Shown here piece after piece: positions 14,136-27,342 of a stretch of DNA of 64,000 bases; positions within the stretch are counted from its first letter, which is position 1, and the number at the start of each line of letters is the position of its first letter. The DNA is taken from contig OX597826.1 of assembly GCA_951406725.2 (NCBI GenBank), positions 57,350,001 through 57,414,000 on the forward strand, read 5' to 3'. Source of the stretch: Octopus vulgaris (Eukaryota). The notes beneath the pieces were generated by a model. That model was given only the letters and a program-made list of their open reading frames with translations, was not told where the DNA came from and searched no databases. A program made the translations under genes and the position numbers.

Positions 14136-15699
14136 ATCAAGTTACCTGTTCACACGTCACAAAATTACAGCACCTACTATTTAATTTGAAACATACACAC
14201 ACACACAAAGAGAATATGAAGAACAATAAAAGTATAGAAAATCAAATCACTTGTTGAGCAAAACATCTTCCAAGCATCAAATATTCAGAAATCAAACCTT
14301 CCACTCAAAACACTTTAAATGCTGAAGGTAATTTTAATCACAATGGTCTATAATTACCATTATTTACATTACACAACAATGCTGCCAAAAACCAAGGTTA
14401 CTCTCTGAACTATTGAAATGCTCAAAGCAACTACTGAATTTATATAAAAATTGTCTCAGAAATAAATTATTAAGAAGTCTCTGAGATCTGATAATAAAGT
14501 CGTAAACCAAAATATTGGCGTTAGTTTCATTTTTAAAAGCTAATTATATTGTAATGGAGACGGAACTGAGAAAGTAATTGAGAAAGTAATAAAAGCAAAG
14601 TTCACAGACTTAAAGGTTTGTAATAAAATTAATATACTTTCTTTCTTTCTTTCTTTCTCTCTCTCTCTCATGCTATGTTTCTTTACTCTTTTCTCTTTTA
14701 TTGTATATTGTATCCATCTTTCAAACAACAATGACATTAACATCAACGTAACCCCACCTCCAAACTTCTGTGAAAATTTTAAAAGAAATCCGATTGTAGA
14801 AAATCAAATACAGTGTTGATTCTGATCGTTGCGTGGGTGTCAAATATTTAGTAAATGGCAATGAAGAAAATGGTGATGATACAGTGATGTGGGTGGACAA
14901 TGTGGGGGAAAGTCATGAAGGCAATAACTACAAAGAGAAAAGTCATGATCGCCAAGTTAGATCATAGACATTGATGGCAAATATAGGATCAGAGCGATTA
15001 GTGGTAGAGATAAACTTACTGCAGCAAAAAAGTATTGGTCATGTTGGAAAAAGAAGAAATCATAGTGGCAAAGAAGTTATGTTCAAGTGGCAAAAATCTG
15101 ACTCGCAATGACAAAAAATGAGTCATCATGATGCAGAGCAACTCACAGGAGCAAAGAGGGAGTCTCAACTTTAAAGACTAGCCACTTTGTCAAAGAACAG
15201 AACCACTAATTTTAAAGAAGATGCTGCTATGCCATGGAGGCAACAATAGTAACAGGGAAATTGAAACTGATATCAGAAAGAAGACAGTGATGATGCATAG
15301 TAATTTGGTGCTAAACCAGCCCCAAATTCTCCAGTTTTCTCTTTACCTAGAGACCTTTTACAAACTCTGCAATTAGCTCTGTACAGTGACATTAAAAGTA
15401 GCCTGACAACAGTTTTCTTAATTTTCACATTTTCTCTGTTTCAAGTCTGTATATCATCAGTTTTACACATGCTCTCCGTTTTGGTTTGGGCTGTGGGTGG
15501 GGGTCTAAACAAGATCCAACAGGTCAGAGGACCACGTTTTGCTCTGGTTTCTCAGTTTTGAGAGTTTTTACAACTGCCTATCCTAACCATTTTACAAAGT
15601 TTGCTGGGTGCTTTTTGTGTGGCCCAGCACCAGTAAGGTAGCCTTATAACTTGCAAGACTAAAGAGTCCCTCTCACTGAGAGAAAGAATAGGAGATAAG

Positions 15700-15890
15700 G
15701 TAGTCACTTTATGCACAGGAGGCATGGAGACATGTTTGGTGTGGATAAGATTCATAGCTATCTCACATTTTACATGGATGGATGGGGTGGTTGAAGTGGT
15801 GCCATAAAGTGGAGTTAAAGGGTATCAAAATCCCAGAACATACTCTCAAGCTGACATGTCCGAGACTGTGTATAGAAGACAGCAAGGAGA
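15700..15890 (+). mobile_element. Possible decayed RTE C-terminal fragment
   Basis: One frame reads WLKWCHKVELKGIKIPEHTLKLTCPRLCIED, resembling the RTE WVKKC..V.G...GRP..TW...D ending. Confidence 0.3.
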
Positions 15891-17676
15891 CAGAAAAAAA
15901 AGCAGAGGCTGCAAAAGTGTAAGGGTGAGAGATGGATATAAGCATGGAATGGAGATAGCTTGATGTACATAAGAGGTGAATATAGAGAATAGTGAACTGA
16001 GATGGGGGGGATTGATGGTAAGTATGAGTAGGTTGATGAAAAGAATGATGCACAAGTCTCAAATGAGAGAAACTTAGAGAAGAGAGAGTGGTAACAGAGA
16101 AATGTTTTGTAGTAGCAAGTTCTAATTCCAGCACTTACAGCAGCAGAATAATAAGTAGACAGAAGAGTGATGGATGGATTAAGTGACAGGGAGATGATGA
16201 GTGGGGTTGAAGGGTGTAAGAGTGTGAGGAGAGAGTAAGGGATGGAGAAAAAAGGTAAATATGAGTGAGATGGTGACAGGCTTGTGAGAAGGAGCCAGTT
16301 GTCTAGGTGAGGGAAAGGGGAAAAGAAAAAAACATTGGTTTCAATTTTGTCTTTCGGAAGAGGATAACCACCCATAAATATTTTAGGTTCCTAGCTGTAG
16401 ACATTATTATTAATAATCTAATTTCAATTAATAATATTTTTCAACCTCTGAGTGAAAGAGAGGAGGAAAAGGAGAGAGAGAGAATAACAAATAACAATTT
16501 ACTTTCCTACCTGGGAGTAAACTGAAATTCCATTTGCAACAAAGCTCTAAGAATATCAGTGACAGATACAACATAGAGTAAAGCTTTATAATATTTCTTA
16601 AACATGATTTAGCTTTGTGTTTGACTTGTTTAACCTGCAGAAGTTCAAACCAAATATCATTTGTGCTTACGTAGCTAGTCTAGAATAGATTGCATGGATT
16701 TCTGTGCATTTTATTTTGTTAAAAAAAAAAAAAGAAAAAAAATTGAAAACTAAGGAATCAAGGTAAGTGGATGATGTTAGTACAATTATGATAAAGATTT
16801 AGGCATTTCTCAACTCAGAAAGTGGTAAAGGAATTTGAATTCAAATAAGTGTGATGGAGCCTGAATTTAAATAACAGTAAATGGGTTTGAATTCAATGGA
16901 AACCTTAACCAAAAACAACAAAAGACAAAACAAAAACTAAAAAAGACAAAGCAAAATCTTATATAAGTATCACAAAGATGGTAAATTTCTTTATATGAGC
17001 TCAAACGTACATATATATATGTGTTTAGTTTGACAGGAGTGTGTAATTTGATATGAATATGTTTGAACAATTTATGCATGTGTCTATGTATCTGAACTCT
17101 TTCATTTGAGGCTGTACCACTGAATATGTGGTAGGGAAAGGCTGGGTGGTGTTGTAATGTGAACTCTCCCATGGTTTTTTCATGTAGCAGTCAGAGAGAG
17201 AGAGAGGTGGGGTATGAAGAGAAATCACCTGTAATATTTAACAGCTATATTATCACCCCTGAAGAAATAAAAGGCAAGGCTGGCTTTAGCAAGATTTGAA
17301 CTTAGAGTGCCAAAAGCTTAAACACAAACTGTTCAGTGTCCTGTCCATGGCTCTAATGACACTATCAATTTGTCATCTGTGTTTCAATGACATCTATGCT
17401 AAGCATCTTAAGCACATTGCATGTGTATGTCAGCATGCAAAAAATGTATGTACATTCTCCAAAGTTTATGGTAGTAGGAGCATGCATAGTCATACATACA
17501 TGTGTGCATTCACATGCATATTGATACATATACACACATATACACATGTACACACACACACACAACATGTGTACATGAGTATATATATATATTTATTTAT
17601 TTATTTTTTTATTTATTTATTTTTTTAAAATTTTATCTAGTTTCAGCTCACGAGCTGTGGCCATGCTGGGGCAACC

Positions 17677-17732
<56 letters not shown>

Positions 17733-18607
17733 TGTATATATGTATACATATAAATACACCTGTAAATACACACATTTATACATATGCACACACGAATGAG
17801 TATTAACGTGTGTAGTGATAAAAGGGAGCGAAAAAACAAATTCCAATAATAAAACAACATGCAACAGGAACCAGACTGACAGGAGTTGGCCCATGACCAA
17901 TTAAGAAAGGGATTGGAAATGTCACAAGGTGTTTGAAAACTAATTAGACATGTTCAATGTTCGTTATCTTTTCAGTATATAATGAAAATAAATAAAAATA
18001 TAAAACAAAGTAAAATGTTTAGGGAAAAAGTATTTATTAGTTGGATTTTTAATATATTTTTAAAAGGAGCGGGAAAAAAAAATAGTCAAAATTTTCAAAA
18101 TATCCCCCCAATGGAACTGTCAAAATGAAGGATGTGGTGATGGAGGATGAAGAACTGTAGAAAAATATAGGGAAGAGCAATAGCAGATATTATAGAAGAG
18201 GATTAAAGAAGGTGATAGAAGCAAATGAATAATGGGATATAAGAATGAGATAGCAGAAGGTAGTCTGTAGAGGAAGAAAGAAAGAAAAGAAGGTGGAAAA
18301 ATACAGAAAACAGAGTAGAATAAGATAGATGGTAGATAGTAAAAATGTAAGATAGATGAAGAAAAAGATAAAGAAGATAGAAGGTGATAGAAGATAAAAG
18401 ATACAAGAAAGAAGAAAGAAAAGCAACAGCAGCAAGGGAAATAGAGGATACAATTGGCAGATGATGATGGAAGAAAATGATAAATAATAATAATGATATA
18501 GAAAAGAGAAAGTGAAAGTAAGGAAAATTAAATTCAGATTTTAAAACATTAAAAATAAATGCAAGAAATTATCTCTCACTCTGTCTAACTGTGTCTGTCT
18601 GTCTGTC

Positions 18608-18644
<37 letters not shown>

Positions 18645-19838
18645 CTTGTTCTCTCACTCTTTATTTCTTTCATTTCAAAAATGCAAAAATCCTTAATTGC
18701 ACAGAATCTCCCTAGCACTGCTTATCATGAGAAAACTGATTGCTATTGCATTTAAAGCCGACAATCCGCCATTCCAAGACATCTCATTAATTCTGCTTCC
18801 TTCATTGCCAGCCCTCCCTGGGTGATTTCAGCAGAAATTCCCAAAAGTCCACTTGTTGATCACCCAACCTTCCTCCACCTGCCTCTAGCTCTGCATGGGG
18901 TTTTATTATGCATTTCATGTGAGGAATACCTAAAAATACTTAATTGCAAATAAGATTCTCTTGACTGCCCCCTTCCCAACCCCCCTCTCTCTTTCTCTCT
19001 CGCTCTCTCTCTCCACTCACAAACAATATAGCAATATGTATATACATATATAATGCATGCATACATATACACACACAGACACATAAACACACAAATGTAT
19101 ACAATCAGTCTCATATACACACACTTACTCACAGAGACTTTTTCATACTCGGTCACAATTTTACAAGCCACTACAGTGAGATTACATACCAAAATGCAAA
19201 TATTTACTAACACGCATATACAGACCTTCATGCGAGCAATTATAAAAATACCCAAGTGTATGACTGCTTTTGTGCATGCATTTTGATCTTAAAATTAAAG
19301 AAAAAGCAGAGAATACATTAAAAAAATAAAGAGTTTATTCATTTCTTAGAAGCTCTGAGTTCATCCTATCACCAGTTCGAATTTATTACTTCCATTCTTT
19401 AGTCATTGTGAAGAATAAACAAGGAAACTCAGAGTAGTGATAGAATGACAAAGCTTCAGTTTCATGTGTGAGTGTATGCGTGCATGTGTGTGTGTATGTG
19501 TGTCTGTGCGTGTAGTTCACATTTGTTTAAATGTTCATCTTGAGTATTTGGACTTTGTGTACACAGTTAGTAGTAACAATCTACTGGCAACAACAACAAG
19601 CCAAGTGAAACCAAGTATATTTAGTGAGGTAGCTTATTTAAAACAAGACACCTGACGAGATGCATTCTGCACCAGAGGATGCAACACAACCAGTAGTACA
19701 GTATCCGACCCTGAAGTGACCAATGCTGGATAGGTCAAAACGATCATTGCGATGAATAAAGATTCTTGTGAACTCCATTTTCTGTTTCCCTCATTCATTA
19801 TATATACATATATATATATATTTATATATATATATATA

Positions 19839-19935
19839 ATTGACCCCGGCAGAATTTGAACTCAAAATATAAAGACAGATGAAATTCCATGAAGCATTTT
19901 ACCAAGTGTGCTAATGATTCTGCCAGCTTGCTGCC
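19839..19935 (-). mobile_element. SINE family B 5' fragment
   Basis: Reverse complement GGCAGCAAGCTGGCAGAATCATTAGCACAC...GAGTTCAAATTCTGCCGGGGTCAA matches the head of 55790-56019. Confidence 0.8.
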
Positions 19936-19960
19936 ACACACACACACACACACACACATA

Positions 19961-20080
19961 ATCATCATCATCATTTTATGTCCGTTTTCACTGCTGGCAT
20001 GGGTTGGACGGTTTTACTGAGGACTAGCAAACCAGAAGGCTGTACCACGCTCCAATCTGATCTGGCAAGGTTTCTACATC
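19961..20080 (-). mobile_element. RTE-type retroposon 3' tail fragment
   Basis: (CAT)n followed by TTTATGTCCGTTTTCACTGCTGGCATGGGTTGGACGG, the reverse complement of the tail at 35376-35546. Confidence 0.75.
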
Positions 20081-20172
20081 TATATATATATATTATGCTA
20101 TTCATATTTTAAGAAGCTGGTTATTCAGTTACCATAATACATATATCTGCTAATAATATTTCAGGGCTTGCA

Positions 20173-20395
20173 GGCAGTGAGCTGGCAGAATCATTAGCAC
20201 ACTAGGCAAAATGCTTAGCAACATTTTGTTCATCTTCATGTTCTGAGATCAAATTCAAATAGGGTTGAATTTGCTTGTCATCTTTTGGGGTGGAAATTTC
20301 CTTTCATCTTTCCAGGGTTGATAAAATAAGTACCAGTTGAACACTGAGGTCGATTTAATCGATCCCACCCTCCAAACCTGCTGGCCTTCAGCCAG
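20173..20395 (+). mobile_element. SINE family B copy, decayed
   Basis: GGCAGTGAGCTGGCAGAATCATTAGCAC head and TTGATAAAATAAGTACCAGTTGAACACTGAGGTCGATTTAATCGA central block. Confidence 0.8.
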
Positions 20396-20802
20396 AATTT
20401 GTAATCTACATTTCAGGGCTTCACATACAGCAATATATAATGGGAATTACATCAAAAAAGCAACAAATTTCACAAGTTTTCATTTTACTCCATGCATTGT
20501 TCTGTATCATTCAACTACTACCATAGTCAAATAATATTCTTAAGGCTGCAATTTACTCACATGTAGCATTTTTTGGAGCTTGTTGCTAGTTCAGTTCTTA
20601 ACCAAATTGAAAACTTATCATTTTTGAAGAGGGCTGGTCCCTAGCTACATTTTGGCATTAAAATATTGAGATTTGAACCAGTAGAAAAAAGTTTACATCA
20701 AAATTTGTAGCAATGTCATAGGAGAGGAAGTAACACCATCAATCAAGTTTAGATCCAAATAACTTTTGTATCTTAAAAGCAAAATATATTTATCTTAGCT
20801 TC

Positions 20803-21046
20803 AGTGATAGAAGAAAGCACGAAGAATTTCATAGTTTTGGTCCCATGCAACAAAAGTTTGTATAAAAAAAGTTGTGAGGTAAATTATAATGAAAAGAATA
20901 TAAGTAAGGCAAAAAATTGGATTTAAATATAATTAACTTTTTATTCTAAAAACAAACTATATTTCAATTAAGTGATAGAGCTCAATTCAAGGAATTTCAT
21001 GGTATCAATCTCATGCAATGAAGTTTTTTAAAAAAAAAGTTATGAG
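20803..21046. repeat. Two diverged ~76-bp direct repeats, possibly a DNA-transposon interior
   Basis: AGTGATAGA...GAATTTCAT...CATGCAA...AAAAAAAGTT(G/A)TGAG at 20803-20878 and 20971-21046. Confidence 0.6.
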
Positions 21047-21142
21047 TGTTTTTGTTTCTCAAATTTGAGGATGATAATATAGTTCTATGCTTTTTTATGA
21101 ATATAGTTCTATAAGGGGACTTTTATATATAACACTAGCGTC

Positions 21143-21212
21143 ATTGACACATTTAATTGACACATTAATTGACACATTTAATTGACACGTTAATTGACAC
21201 ATTTGACACATT
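21143..21212. repeat. Minisatellite ATTGACACATT(T)A, about 6 copies
   Basis: Read directly; mostly 12-13-bp period. Confidence 0.9.
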
Positions 21213-22215
21213 ATTAATCAGCATAATAGCAAAGCCTGGAAAAATCACGGATTACAGTGGAAAATGCAAGGAAGAGCATAAAACTATTAGTAGGATATTT
21301 TGGCTTGATATGGCTGGTTTAAATAAACTGACTTAGCATTCAACAAATTGTGACAAGACTGAAAATTTGGAGGACATATGTAAATAATATGATGGTCTTC
21401 TATGTAATTTCCGTCTACCCAATTTTTACTTGTAAAATTTGGAACAACATTGGAATATGGTAAAAGAGGTTTGCCCAAAATGCCCTGCAGTAGGATCAAA
21501 CCCAGAATAACAATCATTGTGTGTATGTGTGTCTGTAGGTCGATATTTGTTTTTCCATATATCATCTAATGCTCCTGGACATCTTATCGATGATGTTTAC
21601 TGGAATCATTGGATGTTTTGGGTCTTTCACTCTCACCTGACTTGTCTCTAGTTAGCATTAACCCAGATATGAATGTCTATGATAATATACATATATGTAC
21701 ATGCATGCATGCACACATACACACACACACATTCACATACATACACACTTACCAAAATAGGGATTTACCCACTTTCAGATAGAAGCCCTCATTTTTCTAC
21801 ACTTCTATGTCAGTTTGTCTATACATGTGTACAGACAACATGACATGCACAAACACACATGCATACACATATATACACACACTCATACATATTGATATAT
21901 TTCATGACAAAATATACACACAAAAGCAAGACAATTATATTTGCTGTAATAAATAGCTAAACAAATATATTGCTATATTTAGAGGATTTTAAAAAATTAC
22001 TTATTAATTATTGACAAATGCTTGTCGATAATATTAGGAAAATCCTTTCAAAAACCACTCACATACACACAATGTGTTTTCTGTGTGTGCATGAGTAAGG
22101 CAGGGGATGTATCAGTGAATTGCAATATGAAATTTATTGAATTCCCCCACCCACACAAGCAAAAAAAAGAGAATAAATAATAAATAGCTATATTTAAGGA
22201 AAGAAGAAGTAAAGA

Positions 22216-22276
22216 AGGTAATATAAACCTTGCAAGCTGATTGCAAGATTAGAGGTAATATAAACCTTGCAAGCTG
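22216..22276. repeat. 24-bp direct repeat AGGTAATATAAACCTTGCAAGCTG x2
   Basis: Identical copies at 22216-22239 and 22253-22276. Confidence 0.9.
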
Positions 22277-22342
22277 CTGTATTGGCAAGCATGATAGGAT
22301 TAGGAGGTGAATAGAAACACTAATACAAGATGAGAGAAAGAG

Positions 22343-23035
22343 TATTTAGTCCTGTTGCAAACTAACTCTCTAATACTAACAGCATGATAGAATGTACCTA
22401 TCCAAGTGGTATGAGTTAGAAAGGACTATTTAGTCCTGTTGCAAACTAACTCTCTAATACTAGCAGCATGATAGAATGTACCTATCCAAGTGGTATGAGT
22501 TAGAAAGGACTATTTAGTCCTGTTGCAAACTAACTCTCTAATACTAACGGCATGATAGAATGTACCTATCCAAGTGGTATGAGTTAGAAAGGACTATTTA
22601 GTCCTGTTGCAAACTAACTCTCTAATACTAACGGCATGATAGAATGTACCTAACCAAGTGGCATGAGTTAGAAAGAACTATTTAGTCCTGTTGCAAACTA
22701 ACTCTCTAATACTAACGGCATGATAGAATGTACCTATCCAAGTGGTATGAGTTAGAAAGGACTATGTAGTCCTGTTGCAAACTAACTCTCTAATACTAAT
22801 GGCATGATAGAATGTACCTATCCAAGTGGTATGAGTTAGAAAGGACTATGTAGTCCTGTTGCAAACTAACTCTCTAATACTAATGGCATGATAGAATGTA
22901 CCTATCCAAGTGGAATGAGTTAGAAAGGACTATTTAGTCCTGTTGCAAACTAACTCTCTAATACTAACGGCATGATAGAATGTACCTATCCAAGAGGCAT
23001 GAGTTAGAAAGGACTATTTAGTCCTGTTGCAAACT
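22343..23035. repeat. 84-bp minisatellite, 8 full units plus 21 bp
   Basis: Units start at 22343, 22427, 22511, 22595, 22679, 22763, 22847, 22931 and 23015, with only a few substitutions and no indels. Confidence 0.97.
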
Positions 23036-23932
23036 GCACCCGTTCAATGCTGTAAAATTGTTGATGATATGAAAGGCATCCACCTATGGAACAAAAATAA
23101 AACAATAAAACCATAAAAACATAATATGCACATAAACAAAGGTGGCTGGTTTTCTGTGTTGTAATATGAGCCTGATGGTAAAGGACTACAATGAGGTTCT
23201 ATGAAGCCTGTTCATCTCGTGGTAAAGTGACAAAATCCAAAACCTATAATAATGCCTGAATCCATGAAAACAGAATAATAAAAGACATTCTGGTATCTGT
23301 AAGTCTACAAGAATCACACACACACACACAAGCTTCATAACCCTCAAATAATTCCCTATTATCTTAAAACTGGACACATTGGATAATGTAGGACTAGATA
23401 CAATATGACTGGATAAAAGAAAAGACAGCAGTGGCTAGAATGCCTTTCACCAAAGGTTCACTGGTTTGGGGCTGACCTGGAACTAAACAACAAGCACATA
23501 CATGCATGCTTCTAAAGAAAGGCCCAAGAACCAGCATTTTCAATTGTTGAAGCAATGCCAGGACACCCACCTATCCAAACAATTCCACAGTAACATTTGT
23601 TATCCACAACTTCGACAAGGCTCTCTTTCTCTTCATCCCCACTTTCTCTCTCAAAACTAACTCCTTTCCATGATAAATTCAACAGTGTCCAGCTATGTGG
23701 TGTATGTGTGTGTGTGTGTTTCCATTCACATAACGGTACCTGCATTTAGTCACATATATATACATGCAAGAGTTTAATTCTTCTGTTTGGGTGAACATTT
23801 GTGTGTGTTGGCAAATGAACAAATATTTCTGCTTCAATAATTGAATGAACGCTTAAAACTAACAGTGTATGTATATATACTCACACACACATGCGCACAT
23901 ATATACACACGCATACATACAAACACATATCG

Positions 23933-23995
<63 letters not shown>

Positions 23996-24354
23996 AATAC
24001 ATATACATACATACATACATACATACATACATACATACATACATACGTACATACATACATACAGGCACAAATATATAGTCTCACTCCCCCAAATAGAAAC
24101 AACACCACATGTGACTCTGTGAGCTGTTGATGCATGCATGCCAGCCAGCAACCATGGAGAGTTATCAAAGTTCGGGGAGGGGCAAGGTAAGGGGTGACAG
24201 TGTTGATGAAAATAATGAGCCGATGAGATGAAGTTAAGCCAATAGTGTGGATGAGGATGATGATGACGATGATGGTAGTAGTGGTAATAATAGTAGTGGA
24301 ACTGTTGATGTAGGGGTGGGTGGATGTAAGGAGTGATGCTTTCAACAGGCAAGA

Positions 24355-24364
24355 ATTATTATTA

Positions 24365-24441
<77 letters not shown>
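24355..24441. repeat. (ATT)n microsatellite
   Basis: Read directly. Confidence 0.95.
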
Positions 24442-24442
<1 letters not shown>

Positions 24443-24479
24443 TTGCATGATTGATTGTTTGTTTTTTTTTTTTCTTCAG

Positions 24480-24506
24480 AGCTTTGCTTGTTGTAGGTAA
24501 AAAGAG
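24480..24506 (+). other. Candidate 27-nt micro-exon
   Basis: Poly-T tract + TTCAG acceptor and AG|GTGAGT donor; one open frame (ALLVVGKK). Confidence 0.3.
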
Positions 24507-24599
24507 GTGAGTCATATTTCTCTATTTGTTCTCACATGCTCTTGAGAATGTGCCCTTCTGTTTCCAACTTGCTGTGTGTTTGTGCATGTGTGGTGTGTT

Positions 24600-24630
<31 letters not shown>

Positions 24631-25797
24631 ATTCAAGCTACAACAACAAGAATTATCCATATATAAATGATAGTGATTCAGTGTCGCAATGGCCCCAACT
24701 CTGTTGCTCCCCTCTCTCTCTCTCTCTCTTTCTCTCTTTCACACACGTTCTCTCTCTCTCTCTCTCTCTCACTTACACATCCATTTCCTCCCTTTTTTCC
24801 CCTAGAGCCTTTTTCACAAATCTTTCTGAATAGCTTCGTACAGCAACAACATCCAACATCGACAGCAACAATAAACCAACCAACAATTCATTACTTCAGC
24901 TCAGCTAGCCTGCTCTCTGTATGTCTGTTTGCCTGTCTTCTGTCAACCAGGTCTCAGTGGGTGGGTAAGACAGGAAATTTCAGTAACTATGTAGTAAAAA
25001 TGGATCAGGTTTCATTCCCTCTGAAAAGCAGCATGTTAGCAGAGCTTAGCAGCTCATTGTTGTTCGATGCAGACATTACTTGCAATGAACAAGCCTGTTG
25101 ATTTTGGGGTGAGCATTAGATATTAAGTCATGATAAGAAAGAGCGAAAGAGAGAGAGGAAGAAGAATTAAAGAAACTACATCGCGAGTACATTATTCCTT
25201 TCAGGATAAATTTCACATTAACTGCACAGTAAGATGACACAACACAATAATTACATTTTCAAAATTATATTTACAAAACATTCACACATACATACATATG
25301 CATACACACTTACATACATACATACAAAGGTTTACGTATGTATATGCAATTACGTCTTTCCTCCTGGAAAAATTCTTGAGAAATGTGAAATTTTAAACTA
25401 ATTTCATATATATATGTAAATACATATATATATAATTTTGTAAAATTTTTCAACACAAGATTCTTTCCAATTTGCTACTAATGGAGTCATAGTAGCCATT
25501 ATGATGATAGGAATAAAATTAAAATATTTATTTGGAATCAGATATATCTTAAAGAGGCTTTGACAGTTGTGTGTGAGCATGCGTCTTTCAGTCAAAAAAC
25601 AACTTACATTTAATTCTTGTGTATTTGTGTATGTGTGCATGTGAGAGTTTATGCATCTATATGCGTGAATGTGTGTGTATATAATACACAGAGAGAGGAA
25701 AGTGTAATATATACCTGCCAGTATATGTATAACTGCAAGCCTGTATGATATATACATGTAGCTCTAAAGAGTTATTTGTAGTTTAAATATTCATCAC

Positions 25798-25979
<182 letters not shown>

Positions 25980-26556
25980 CAGTAATTTTTGTATGTGTAT
26001 GTATACATATATATAATTTTGGTATACATATATAGAACAAGAATTATCATAATAAATCAGAATTTCCCTTTGAACTATTCCAAAATGCCTAGCAGGTGAA
26101 CTGTTGCATGGTTTTCTTTTGTTAATTTGGATATTCACTGGTTTTTATTCCATTTTCATTTTATTATTATTACTATTATTATTATTATTTTGTCTCTTTT
26201 CCATACACAAATGTGAATTCATTTGATTCCCTTCATTGATTGCTTGAGAATCATTTTTAAGATGTCGAAACTCAGAGTCACAATTTGTGGAGTTTTCAGC
26301 TTTAAGTAAGTAAATGTTATATATGACTCCATTGTATTGAGTTATTTTGTCTTTCAATTGTTTTGCACTGTTATGTAGTTCCCTCTCATACATATGTGAC
26401 TGCGAATGTGAATGAATCTATGTTTAGTTATATGAATCATATATTGAGAAACAAAATTATCAATACATAAATAGATATATGTACTTATAACAAGCATTTA
26501 TAAATAAACATTATGCGTTATGTGAACACATACACACTCACACAGATGCACACAAT

Positions 26557-26599
<43 letters not shown>

Positions 26600-27342
26600 A
26601 ATGTATGTGCTCAAGTGTGTATATATTTTGTACACACATACATTTGTGTGAATATATATTATCAAAAATATCACCGTAAATGTGCAGTTTTCTGTAGAAT
26701 ACTAATGTAATATTTGTGTATGCAAATATTCATATGTACATATGGAGGTCTATCTGTGTATGCAAGAGTGTGTATGCAAGTGTAATATACACAGAAGTAC
26801 ATATATGTGTGTGCCTAACTTATATTTAAATAAGTATCAGATATATATTTGAAAGCTCCTCTATGTATATATCTGTATGTTGAGTAGATGTATATATTTG
26901 TATATGTGTGAGCACATATATACCCATATGCATGCAACTATGTTGCAGGTGTATATCTGAGTGTGTGTGTATGTGTGTGTGTGTGTGTGTGCATGCGTGT
27001 ACATTTGCGTGCCTGTGTATTTAGCCAGAGTAATTTGATATGGAATCTCCTAATTATTATTGATTATTTAAAACACAGCAGGGGAAAGATTACCATTCAC
27101 AAAATATCTATGTCAAGAAGTAGGGCGGGGAAATGGAACAAAAGGAAAACAGTAAATCTCTGTCAATAGGAATCACAAGAAATGTAAGTTGGTGTTGTTC
27201 TACAGGGGTGAAACACTGGTTGTACAGCTTCTTCAAGAAATTTCATTCCACCAATAGCAGCATGTTGTTTACCAAATTTCATCCATTCATTTATCCATCC
27301 ATCCATCCGTCTGTTCATCCATCTATCTCTCTCTCTCTCTTT

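Noticed and set aside
22343-23035. CRISPR array (palindromic repeat alternating with a 44-bp block)
   Set aside because: The would-be spacers are identical, the context is eukaryotic and there are no cas genes; it is a minisatellite.
22343-23035. C2H2 zinc-finger array (84 bp = 28 codons)
   Set aside because: Every frame has a stop per unit and there is no CxxC...HxxxH or TGEKP pattern.
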